In this document: one piece after another, positions 1 through 8,272 of the stretch
Numbering within the stretch: the first letter of the stretch is position 1
Layout: each line of letters begins with the position of its first letter
Made by a program: the position numbers and the translations under genes
Notes under the pieces: generated by a model
The model's database searches: none
Told to the model about the DNA's origin: nothing
What the model saw: only the letters and a program-made list of their open reading frames with translations
Origin: Candidatus Nitrosopumilus koreensis AR1
Lineage (GTDB): Archaea; Thermoproteota; Nitrososphaeria; Nitrososphaerales; Nitrosopumilaceae
Length of the DNA: 32,000 nucleotides
Reading direction: 5' to 3'
NCBI RefSeq assembly: GCF_000299365.1
Contig: NC_018655.1
Coordinates: 1,260,001 to 1,292,000, forward strand

Positions 1-663
1 TCTCGATATGCATTGAATTGAATTTACAACAGGCATCTTGAGTTCCAATTCATGATGCAATAATCTGTAACATCGAGCAATATCTTTACGTTTAACATTT
101 GCAGCATCTGCAACATCTTTTAGAGTTCTAGGAGTTTCAGTATCTCTGCATGCTGCATATATTGATGCAGCAATCATTGCAGAAATAGATCTTCCACGAA
201 CTAGTTTTTTCTCTAATGCTTTTCTATACAAATATGCAGCTTTTTCAAGAACATTTGTAGAAAGTGCAATCTTGTCTTTTATTCTAGTTAATTCACCGAG
301 TGCTTGTCTGAGATTTCTATCTTGAGGTTCATGAGCTTGGCTTCTGCTATCCCAAGTCCGTAATCGTTCAATGGTGCTTTTCATAGATGTTGATAGTGGC
401 TTGCCAGTAGCATCCTTGTTTATTGGATTAATTACAGTAGATAGCCCCATATCATGTATCAAAAGTGATGAGGGTGCTCCAGTTCTTGCGGGATTTGCCC
501 CACTATCTGTCTGAAATGCCCTCCATTCTGGACCTGACTCATTTGATTTTTCAGAAACAACATATCCACATTTACCACAAAACTGTTCTCCAGTAACATT
601 ATCAGTCTGCATGGAATTTTTTCCACAGCGTAGACAGTTAGAATCTGTAATTGAGACCACCAT
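1..663 (-). CDS. tfb: Transcription initiation factor B (TFIIB/TFB), C-terminal part truncated by window edge
   Basis: Manual minus-strand translation from ATG at 663: MVVSITDSNCLRCGKNSMQTDNVTGEQFCGKCGYVVSEKSNESGPEWRAF... N-terminal zinc ribbon, followed by cyclin-fold text (ALGELTRIKDKIALSTNVLEKAAYLYRKALEKKLVRGRSISAMIAASIYAACR). Confidence 0.95.
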   Translation of the reverse strand, partial: MVVSITDSNCLRCGKNSMQTDNVTGEQFCGKCGYVVSEKSNESGPEWRAFQTDSGANPARTGAPSSLLIHDMGLSTVINPINKDATGKPLSTSMKSTIERLRTWDSRSQAHEPQDRNLRQALGELTRIKDKIALSTNVLEKAAYLYRKALEKKLVRGRSISAMIAASIYAACRDTETPRTLKDVADAANVKRKDIARCYRLLHHELELKMPVVNSIQCISR

Positions 664-673
664 GAAAGGTGCT

Positions 674-928
674 TTATGCTGCCACCTTTTTTATTGGGAT
701 TTTAAGTGATGAAACATTTCTAATTTTTTCATCTTGTGATTCTAATTTTGAGTCAGATTGTGTATTGTCAATATCTGCATTCTCAAAGATTATATTTTCA
801 TTCGTTAATGCCGCACGAAATTTTTGAGACATTGTTTCATCCATTCGGGTTTTAAAAAACAAGAATTCTAATTCTAATCTTTTCAGCCTATTCATTTCAG
901 ATAATTCTTCTTCAATTCTTTTTGTCAT
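674..928 (-). CDS. Small hypothetical protein; the C-terminal ~25 aa resemble the Alba C-terminal strand
   Basis: ORF of 84 aa; tail SKLESQDEKIRNVSSLKIPIKKVAA parallels the tail ESLESQDGRKRDVSTIEIPISKKVK of the neighbouring Alba-like protein. Confidence 0.55.
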   Translation of the reverse strand: MTKRIEEELSEMNRLKRLELEFLFFKTRMDETMSQKFRAALTNENIIFENADIDNTQSDSKLESQDEKIRNVSSLKIPIKKVAA

Positions 929-1093
929 GATCTATGTTCCATTCATCACACTTAAAGATGATTGTATTTGGAACGGATTTGCATTTTGTGAAGAAAAAAA
1001 TGAGCGGAAAATCATTTTTTTAAACAATCACACCCACAAGAAAACATTCCAGCTTTTTCCATGCATTGATCATGATGCCCATTATAGCATTTG

Positions 1094-1210
1094 TTACAAA
1101 TCACCATTAGAACTCACTTTTTTATGGGTTTTTTCGTGTTCCAACACTTTGGAAAATGTATCAGAAAATCCATCCCATTGGAATTTACATTTTTGACAAT
1201 TGTATTTCAT
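1094..1210 (-). CDS. C2H2-type zinc-finger microprotein (38 aa)
   Basis: Manual translation MKYNCQKCKFQWDGFSDTFSKVLEHEKTHKKVSSNGDL*; CxxC plus HxxxH; ATG directly abuts the TAG of the Alba-like gene; paralogous to 1983..2096. Confidence 0.75.
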   Translation of the reverse strand: MKYNCQKCKFQWDGFSDTFSKVLEHEKTHKKVSSNGDL

Positions 1211-1492
1211 CTATTTTACCTTCTTAGAAATTGGAATTTCTATGGTGGAGACATCTCTTTTTCGCCCATCTTGAGATTCTAGTGATTCAGAATTGATTTT
1301 GACACATCCTACTTCAAATGCGTCTGTTTTTTTTAAGAGGACCTGAGTGACATCTACTGCAAGTCCAATACTCATACCTCTGGCCTTAATGACTATGGAA
1401 TCTAATGAAGATAGTTGGATTATTGCAGAGGTGACATATGACATTAACGGTTTTTTTCCGATAAAAATTGTATCATGTGGTTTATCTAACAT
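1211..1492 (-). CDS. albA: Alba-family nucleic-acid-binding protein
   Basis: 93 aa; IFIGKKPLMSYVTSAIIQL...IVIKARGMSIGLAVDVTQVLLKK...GRKRDVSTIEIPISKK matches the Alba fold signature. Confidence 0.88.
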   Translation of the reverse strand: MLDKPHDTIFIGKKPLMSYVTSAIIQLSSLDSIVIKARGMSIGLAVDVTQVLLKKTDAFEVGCVKINSESLESQDGRKRDVSTIEIPISKKVK

Positions 1493-1599
1493 ACAAAATT
1501 AGATGTAATGCCTCATTTAAAGTGGGTGTGTGAATCTAGTCACAAATATCATAAAAATGAAAAGAGAACATCATCTTTTCTTGTTATTGTTATTCAATA

Positions 1600-1986
1600 C
1601 TAATTTTGATGCAAATCAATTATGTCAAATAGATCTTCAGCTCGTTTGATTATTTTTGAAGAACTGGTGTCTTTGTCAGCACTAATCAATACTAGATGAT
1701 TGGTAGTGGGAACACTTATGATCATGACATTTTTCCTTCGTGATGTAATATAGTCAATTGGGCCAAGAATTTCATCTAGTTCTTGTCTCATTCGTAAATC
1801 AAGCATCATTTGCATATAGACCATCTTGATTTTTTCATCATCTAACAATCTTGGAATTCCTGATTTGAATTTGCTTGCTACTGGTCGTCCTAATTTGTTA
1901 ATTACTGCAACATGCCTAATTTCATCCATTTGAACCAGTTTAGCACATGCATTGTCTAATGAACTAATTTTTTCAACTGAATTCAT
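1600..1986 (-). CDS. Roadblock/LC7-like small protein (thaumarchaeal conserved type)
   Basis: 128 aa; HVAVINKLGRPVASKF ... VMIISVPTTNHLVLISADKDTSSSKIIKRAEDLFDII is roadblock-like; ATG overlaps the TGA of the upstream microprotein. Confidence 0.6.
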   Translation of the reverse strand: MNSVEKISSLDNACAKLVQMDEIRHVAVINKLGRPVASKFKSGIPRLLDDEKIKMVYMQMMLDLRMRQELDEILGPIDYITSRRKNVMIISVPTTNHLVLISADKDTSSSKIIKRAEDLFDIIDLHQN

Positions 1987-2096
1987 TTTGAATTCATAGT
2001 CCTGTTTTTGTGAGACTTTTCATGAACAAGAATCTCTTGAATTTTATCAGAGTTTCCTTCCCATTGAAAACTACATTTTCTACAATTGTAATTCAT
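1983..2096 (-). CDS. C2H2-type zinc-finger microprotein (37 aa), paralog of 1094..1210
   Basis: Manual translation MNYNCRKCSFQWEGNSDKIQEILVHEKSHKNRTMNSK*; same CxxC...HEKxH layout as 1094..1210. Confidence 0.75.
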   Translation of the reverse strand: MNYNCRKCSFQWEGNSDKIQEILVHEKSHKNRTMNSK

Positions 2097-2200
2097 TTCT
2101 ACAGTTTTTTATTATGAAAATTTACATATCAATGAAGAGTAAATTGATGAAAATTTGTACAAAGTTAATCAGTTGACTAAATTCTGAGTAAAGTCAATCA

Positions 2201-2737
2201 TCAAAGCATTTTACGTTCTATTTTTGGGTAAGATTTATGCTCATAATCCCATGAAAATTGTGTTTTTAATGGATCATATGCTTTAACCATAATCCAAGAT
2301 GAAGGACATGCTTCTTTATGTAATCGATAATCTTTTCCTACCACTTGTTCTTTATCAGTAATTATAAGAATATGCTTTGTTTTTTTATTTTCATCATAAC
2401 ACATATTGAATTTTATAAGAAATTTGTCGTGTCCAATTTTGAGTGTAGACAGTATTTTTGCATCAGATAAAATTGTAGAGGTACTGAATGTATTTGTAAT
2501 AGAAGTGTGTTTTTTTATAAAATCCGGATCTCCATACAACATCATACATTTGTCCATAATGGGGTATGAAGGATATCTTTTACGAAACTCATCTTCGCCC
2601 ATCTTCAAAAATTTTGAATGAATTGTAGTACAACGTATTTCATCTGATTTTTTTATAGAAATACTTGCAAAAGAATCAGGCAGAAAATAGATTGTAAATA
2701 GCATGGCAGCTATGAGAAAAACCAAAATTTTTTGCAT
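2201..2737 (-). CDS. Hypothetical secreted or membrane-anchored protein
   Basis: 178 aa ORF with N-terminal hydrophobic signal-like segment MQKILVFLIAAMLFTIYFLPDSFA; several Cys. Confidence 0.65.
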   Translation of the reverse strand: MQKILVFLIAAMLFTIYFLPDSFASISIKKSDEIRCTTIHSKFLKMGEDEFRKRYPSYPIMDKCMMLYGDPDFIKKHTSITNTFSTSTILSDAKILSTLKIGHDKFLIKFNMCYDENKKTKHILIITDKEQVVGKDYRLHKEACPSSWIMVKAYDPLKTQFSWDYEHKSYPKIERKML

Positions 2738-3069
2738 GATTCACATATCCTTCAAATAATAAGAAAAGAAACATGTCTCAATTTTCATACATGGACAGGG
2801 TTTGGTTTGAGGCATGTTTCCTTGTTTTATTATTCTTCATCAGTACTTGCTTTTCGTTTTCTTTTTACCAATGTTTTTGCCCCCACAACAAAATCCAAAA
2901 ATCAGTATTTTAGATATGAATCGGTTATTTTCTTCCAGAACAAAGTCAACCAGTTAACTTCATCTATGCTTTAATCAAGAAATATCGTTCTTAAATTTAG
3001 AATTAACTACATTAATTTGAGACATATTTGAAAAAGATTAGAAAAAAGCTGTTTTTTGAAGATAGCGAA

Positions 3070-3159
3070 ATGGTAAAAAACTGCAAATATTGCAATAAAG
3101 AATTTAGCAATAATTCCAGTGAATACTGTTCAAAAAAATGCGCAAGTATGAATGTTTGA
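3070..3159 (+). CDS. Cys4 zinc-binding microprotein (29 aa)
   Basis: Manual translation MVKNCKYCNKEFSNNSSEYCSKKCASMNV*; C-x2-C-x11-C-x3-C. Confidence 0.6.
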   Translation: MVKNCKYCNKEFSNNSSEYCSKKCASMNV

Positions 3160-3165
3160 GGTAAT

Positions 3166-3297
3166 ATGCTGTTTGAGAAATGCATATGTTGCGGCAGACA
3201 ATTTGTTGATGATTCAGAAGATTATTGTTCCTATCAATGCGAACTCATTGCATCCATAACAAAAAAGAAATTCTATTTAAAAAAGAATCTCAGATAA
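3166..3297 (+). CDS. Cys4 zinc-binding microprotein (43 aa), paralog of 3070..3159
   Basis: Manual translation MLFEKCICCGRQFVDDSEDYCSYQCELIASITKKKFYLKKNLR*; identical C-x2-C-x11-C-x3-C spacing; GAGGT ribosome-binding-like sequence just upstream of the ATG. Confidence 0.68.
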   Translation: MLFEKCICCGRQFVDDSEDYCSYQCELIASITKKKFYLKKNLR

Positions 3298-3313
3298 TTT
3301 CATTTTGACAAAG

Positions 3314-4090
3314 TTACACCATCATCTTTGAGATTAAGAGATTCAAAGATTCTTCAAACTTTTTGTTTAATTTTTGAAGATGTACTGGTTTGACAGATAG
3401 AGATTCTGCATCAAACCAGGGTTCAGATAGATACAAGTCTCTATTCATCTCAACTTGAATCCATGGAATAGGCTTATTTCCATATGTTTTTGTAATGTAT
3501 CCCCCATGAAATGGATCATTTAGGGATATTTCTTGTCTATCAATCGAATAAGATTTAGAGATGCAATCAGCTAAAAGTTCAATCATTTCGTCTGAACATG
3601 TGTTTCCGTCTTGATTTGAAAGACAAAACAACGGGCGTTTCTTGTCTTTGCCATCTGGAGAAATTCCAGGTGCAACGGATGCCATGGAATGGCAATCAAG
3701 ACATAACTGTAAATCCAGCTCGGAAAAGCTCTTTTGGAGGGTTCTATGATAAGGCATATAGTATAACTCAATCAACATGTTTCTAAGAGAATCATCAGGT
3801 TCTTTTCCTGAAATATAGATTGGTTTTTCATAACATGTCAAACTTTTGATTAGTCCATCAGAGTTATCAGGAGGCATATCTTGTAATGAGCGGTTAAGAT
3901 CAACAAATGCTCTTGCAATATCTGTCTTGACTACACGTTGAACTTTGTCTCCTAAATCATATAGTTCAACTACAAAAGGATCAGAGTCATCAAACAAATC
4001 TTTATTTGTAATTGCCAGATGCCCATCAAGTTCATTTGGTTTTTTAGTTCCTCCATGTGGGATGGACAGTAATATCGGTAGCTTGTTCAA
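3314..4090 (-). CDS. N-formylglutamate amidohydrolase family protein
   Basis: 258 aa; LLSIPHGGTKKP...DLNRSLQDMPP...CLDCHSMASVAPG...DPFHGGYITKTYG...IPWIQVEMNRDLY. Confidence 0.88.
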   Translation of the reverse strand: MNKLPILLSIPHGGTKKPNELDGHLAITNKDLFDDSDPFVVELYDLGDKVQRVVKTDIARAFVDLNRSLQDMPPDNSDGLIKSLTCYEKPIYISGKEPDDSLRNMLIELYYMPYHRTLQKSFSELDLQLCLDCHSMASVAPGISPDGKDKKRPLFCLSNQDGNTCSDEMIELLADCISKSYSIDRQEISLNDPFHGGYITKTYGNKPIPWIQVEMNRDLYLSEPWFDAESLSVKPVHLQKLNKKFEESLNLLISKMMV

Positions 4091-5718
4091 TCTAATCCTT
4101 CAGCTGTCCCATCACGTCTGACCTCTGCTACACCATGAAATCCTTGTTGTGATTGTAATTTCATTGTGGCATGAATTGCACCATGATAAAACGAGTATCT
4201 TTCTTTGACAGAAATTTGATATCCCATGTCTTTAAGATATTGTACTATTTCATCACGAAATCCACCATCCTCTATACTGACTGTGCCGCCAATTGAACAA
4301 TGAAATCTAGGGCGTTTGATAGCATCACTCATTGGAAGATTACCATCAATAATCCTAGATAGAAATTGAGTGATTGTTGAAAAAATTCTTTGACTTCCAG
4401 GACTTCCAACGACCATCCACAGTTTAGAATCATTGAAGATCAATGCAGGTGAAACAGAAGTCCAAGGAATTGCATTTGGTCGAATATAGAACGGATGGTT
4501 TGGATTTGTAAATTCAAAAGCTGACATGTAATTATTATACAAAAATCCCAATCCTTCAGCCGCAGCTTTTGAACCATAAGCTAATTCAATTGACTGTGTG
4601 ATTCCTACTGCATTTCCCTCATTATCCATAGTTGAAAGATGAGTTGTATCCTCTCCTCCAAAATCAGGATCCATCATAGGTAATGTAGCATCCATGGAAT
4701 TGTGGATTGAGTCTGCCATTTGTTTTGCAAAAGATCTTTGAAGGTGAAGTTTGTCTTGTGTTTGTTTGTAAGTGTGTCGATTAAATGGACGCTGTAATCG
4801 GTGCAAAAATGCCTTTCTGAAAGTTTCTGCTACAAAGTGATACGAACTTGGTTTTGAACTTCTTAGGAATTTTGATGGTAGGTGATTTAACATCATTAAT
4901 GTGAGTAGTAAAGTTCTTCCGGCAGCTGGAGGAGGCATTGTTGTAACTGTAAAATGCCTGTATTTTCTGCTGAGCGGTTTTTTGATGATTGGTTCTGGCA
5001 TGTATGCCAAATCTTCCTCTCGAATCAAGCCCTTGTTCTTTTTCATATCTTGAGAAATTTTCTTTGCAATAGAGCCATGATAAAAAACAGTATATCCGTA
5101 TTCAGAAATTATCTTTAATGTTTCAGCTAGATCATGTTGTACAAATGTGTCTCCTACGTCATAAGGAACCTGTCCATCTTTCAAAAAATATTTGGCACCT
5201 GATTTTGATTTTATTGAGAGGAATTTGTCAAGTTCCCTTATTTGCAAATCGTGTTGTAGTTGTGTGATTTTGTATCCCTTTTTTGCAATCCGTATAGACG
5301 GAGCAACAATTTTTTGCCAAGACAACTGTCCAAATCTTTCATGCATAAAACCTACTGTTGCCAAGGTGCTTGGAATAGTAGTTGCTCTGTAGCCTAGTTT
5401 ACGCTTTTTTTGTAATCTGTATTTTGATGAATGAGCTAAAGACGGTGCACGGCTTGAACCATCAATTGCAAATGATTTTCCATTGTAATGCATTATGACC
5501 ATTGATTGACCGCCAAGTCCTGATGCTTGAGGTTCGCATACTCCTAAAGCTAACGCAGTTGCACATGCAGCATCAATTGCATTTCCTCCTTTTCTGAGCA
5601 TCTCAACACCTGCTTTTGTAGCATCAGGAAACGCTGATGCAACCATTCCCTTTTTGGCAACGGCGCATTTCTTATCTGCAGTAGGCACAAATGCTTTTTC
5701 TATATGTTCTACATCCAA
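4087..5718 (-). CDS. ggt: Gamma-glutamyltransferase family Ntn-hydrolase
   Basis: 543 aa; GMVASAFPDATKAGVEMLRKGGNAIDAACATALALGVCEPQASGLGG; processing-site-like DTTHLSTMDNEGNAVGITQSIE; GSPGSQRI. Confidence 0.93.
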   Translation of the reverse strand: MDVEHIEKAFVPTADKKCAVAKKGMVASAFPDATKAGVEMLRKGGNAIDAACATALALGVCEPQASGLGGQSMVIMHYNGKSFAIDGSSRAPSLAHSSKYRLQKKRKLGYRATTIPSTLATVGFMHERFGQLSWQKIVAPSIRIAKKGYKITQLQHDLQIRELDKFLSIKSKSGAKYFLKDGQVPYDVGDTFVQHDLAETLKIISEYGYTVFYHGSIAKKISQDMKKNKGLIREEDLAYMPEPIIKKPLSRKYRHFTVTTMPPPAAGRTLLLTLMMLNHLPSKFLRSSKPSSYHFVAETFRKAFLHRLQRPFNRHTYKQTQDKLHLQRSFAKQMADSIHNSMDATLPMMDPDFGGEDTTHLSTMDNEGNAVGITQSIELAYGSKAAAEGLGFLYNNYMSAFEFTNPNHPFYIRPNAIPWTSVSPALIFNDSKLWMVVGSPGSQRIFSTITQFLSRIIDGNLPMSDAIKRPRFHCSIGGTVSIEDGGFRDEIVQYLKDMGYQISVKERYSFYHGAIHATMKLQSQQGFHGVAEVRRDGTAEGLD

Positions 5719-5730
5719 TCCATTTCTCCT

Positions 5731-6534
5731 CTAATTTGGCGGCAAATCCTTTCCACAATGTGGACATGTGTTGTTGCTCCGTTCTTTTCTTTTTCGGAGT
5801 TCCTCAGTAAATGCAGACGCCATGATACCTGTTGGTATTGCATATACAGCAATACCTAAAATTGCCACGCCTGCACCGATAACTTTACCCAGTATGGTTA
5901 CAGGATAAACATCCCCATATCCAATAGTTGTCAGTGTTATTACACCCCACCACATAGATGCAGGAATACTTGAGAATATTTGGGGTTGTGCCTCATGTTC
6001 TGCATAATACATCAGACTAGATGCAAAAATTAACACTATGAAAAGAATAAAGAATGCAACAGCCAAATCCCCTGCTTTTGCTTTGAAAACTTCTCCAAGT
6101 GTCTGCATTGGTTCAGAATATCTAGCAAGCTTGAACAATCTGAATAGTCTCAGAAGACGTATTATTCTGATGAATCGCATATCTGCAACCACAAACGGTA
6201 AGAAGAAAGGCAGTATTGCAGCTAAATCTATCAGCATCATTGGAGTAAATACAAATCTTAGCAATGCAAATTTTTTATTCTGATACTTTGGATTTAGTTT
6301 ACAAACAATTAATCTCCCAGCATATTCTGCTGTGAAAACTAATACTGAAAATATTTCAAAAGGAGTAAACAGATAGCCGTATTCATCTAAAACAGATTCT
6401 TCTGTTTCAATAATTACAAATAACACATTTACTGCAATCAAAGATATTATGAAAATTTGAAAGCCTTTTGCAAGTTTATCATTTGTAGTGCCTTCAAGAA
6501 TTTCATAAGTTCTTTGTAAGATGACGTTAACCAT
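5731..6534 (-). CDS. Voltage-gated-type potassium channel (6TM, TIGYGD filter)
   Basis: 267 aa; S4-like RFIRIIRLLRLFRLFKLARYSE; selectivity filter TLTTIGYGDVYPVT; C-terminal CPHCGKDLPPN. Confidence 0.9.
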   Translation of the reverse strand: MVNVILQRTYEILEGTTNDKLAKGFQIFIISLIAVNVLFVIIETEESVLDEYGYLFTPFEIFSVLVFTAEYAGRLIVCKLNPKYQNKKFALLRFVFTPMMLIDLAAILPFFLPFVVADMRFIRIIRLLRLFRLFKLARYSEPMQTLGEVFKAKAGDLAVAFFILFIVLIFASSLMYYAEHEAQPQIFSSIPASMWWGVITLTTIGYGDVYPVTILGKVIGAGVAILGIAVYAIPTGIMASAFTEELRKRKERSNNTCPHCGKDLPPN

Positions 6535-6544
6535 GATAAGATTA

Positions 6545-8191
6545 CTACATCCACCGCTTCTTTTTGAAATATGCTATCATAGTAGTTGCAATAATTCCCA
6601 TAGCTCCAAGCATTACAAAATAGCTTCCCTCCCATGCTAGTTCTGGAACATATGAAAAGTTTGTTCCATAGATTCCAGCTATGAATGTTATTGGAATGAA
6701 TATGGATGCAATAATTGTAAGAGTCTTCATGACTTCATTCATTCTGTTGCTTACACTGGAAAGATAGGTATCCAACATACCTCCAATTACATCTCTTAAT
6801 CCTTCTATAGAATCAGTAACCTGAATTGTATGGTTATACACATCACGAAGATACGGTCGGGTTGTTTCTGAGATCAGAGTTGATGAGTCACGTTCTAGAG
6901 CATTAATGATTTCTCTTCCGGGCCACATTGCTTTTCTTAATGCAATCATTCTACGCTTGAGTGTTTGTATGGTCTGCATGGTTTCAGCAGAAGGATTTTG
7001 CATCAATTCCTCTTCCAGATTTTCAGTGACATCTCCAATCTTTTCCAATACTAGAAAATAACTATCAACAATAGCATCAATTATAGAATAAGCTAAGTAG
7101 TCACTTTTGCGTTTACGAATTGTGCCAGTGTTGTCTCGCAGTCTTTTTCGAATACCATTAAAAAAATCATCCTCAATTTCTTGAAAAGTCACAAGGTAAT
7201 GTTCAGCCAAAATAATTGAGACTTGTTCTAATTCTAATTTTCCTGTTTCAACAACATAATGAGGCATTTTCAATATGATCATAATATAATCATCAGAGAT
7301 CTCTACAGAAGGACGTAGTTCGGTGTTCATAATATTTGATTGATGAAGTGCATGAATGCCAAAGTTATCGCCAAAAGTTTTGATGATGTTTGGATCATGA
7401 ATGCCAATTACATTTACCCAAGATACATTTGGTTTGTGTTTAGAATCAAGACATTCATCAAAAGTTGCATCATGAATTTCATTGATGTTATCACCGTCAT
7501 ATTCTATCAGATTGATAATTGCCTTGTCTACTTTTTTTTCACCTACATGAATTAAAGCACCAGGGCGTTGACCAACAGTGTCTGATAGCGTAGTTTTTTG
7601 TGTCTTGGTAGGATTCCTAATTCTCATCATGTTAGGAATATCTTGTAATCCAAAATCCCTAGTGATTTGTTTGACGGCAGAAGCTTTGCTTGCAACACCT
7701 ACAATGATAAATCCAGCAATTATTGAAAAAAGAATACTAACAGCTAAGGGTGTGAAATTCCCTACAAGTGCAGCTTGGTAGATTGCAGATACGTCAGTTT
7801 GTGTTCCAGTGCTGGCTATCAATCCAATTACTGAGTCCAACAAGAAAAACAAGAAAGAGATAGATGCACCGATAATTATTGCAGTGAAAATTGTAATTTT
7901 TGGTGGAACCTCTATGTATGGTTCACCTTTGTATGGAGACAAATATTTCTTGTAACGTATTATCAACAAAGCCATTATGGTGATGATGATGGTAGATGTT
8001 ATCCACCATGCAACAAGCCATGGTCCTTGAGAAGTTCCAATTTGTTCAACACCTGAAATAAGATCTTGGATGTTGCCCGTAAGAGGTATTGAAAGCAGTG
8101 ATGTAGCAATACCAATAACAATCTGATACAAAAATGCAAAAATAAACCCGTAAACAAGTCTGTTTATAATTATTCCAAAACTATTGTTCAT
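6545..8191 (-). CDS. CorA-like divalent cation transporter with an extra N-terminal multi-TM domain
   Basis: CorA-type helical region (LKRRMIALRKAMWPGREIINALER...YLRDVYNHTIQVTDSIEGLRDVIGGMLDTYLSSVSNRMNEVMKTLTIIASIFIPITFIAGIYGTNFSYVPE). Start trimmed to the ATG at 8191 preceded by AAGGAGT (the ORF track opens at 8224). Confidence 0.88.
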   Translation of the reverse strand: MNNSFGIIINRLVYGFIFAFLYQIVIGIATSLLSIPLTGNIQDLISGVEQIGTSQGPWLVAWWITSTIIITIMALLIIRYKKYLSPYKGEPYIEVPPKITIFTAIIIGASISFLFFLLDSVIGLIASTGTQTDVSAIYQAALVGNFTPLAVSILFSIIAGFIIVGVASKASAVKQITRDFGLQDIPNMMRIRNPTKTQKTTLSDTVGQRPGALIHVGEKKVDKAIINLIEYDGDNINEIHDATFDECLDSKHKPNVSWVNVIGIHDPNIIKTFGDNFGIHALHQSNIMNTELRPSVEISDDYIMIILKMPHYVVETGKLELEQVSIILAEHYLVTFQEIEDDFFNGIRKRLRDNTGTIRKRKSDYLAYSIIDAIVDSYFLVLEKIGDVTENLEEELMQNPSAETMQTIQTLKRRMIALRKAMWPGREIINALERDSSTLISETTRPYLRDVYNHTIQVTDSIEGLRDVIGGMLDTYLSSVSNRMNEVMKTLTIIASIFIPITFIAGIYGTNFSYVPELAWEGSYFVMLGAMGIIATTMIAYFKKKRWM

Positions 8192-8272
8192 TGTAAATAC
8201 TCCTTTGCAGTATTTTCTCAGCATAAATTGATGTCTGTTGGTTTTTTTCTAAATCCATTTAGTACTCCATAT

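Noticed and set aside
927-1196. Plus-strand ORF of 89 aa
   Set aside because: Antisense to the zinc-finger microprotein; no recognisable composition or motif.
2764-2886. Minus-strand basic mini-ORF (GTG start) MGAKTLVKRKRKASTDEE* (stop at 2830..2832)
   Set aside because: Only 18 aa with a non-ATG start and an upstream in-frame stop; could be a gene remnant but cannot be supported.
2732-2974. Plus-strand ORF of 80 aa
   Set aside because: No convincing coding character; low-complexity hydrophobic text in an AT-rich spacer.
8192-8224. First 11 codons of the CorA-like ORF
   Set aside because: A good AAGGAGT ribosome-binding site precedes the internal ATG at 8191, making the upstream start unlikely.
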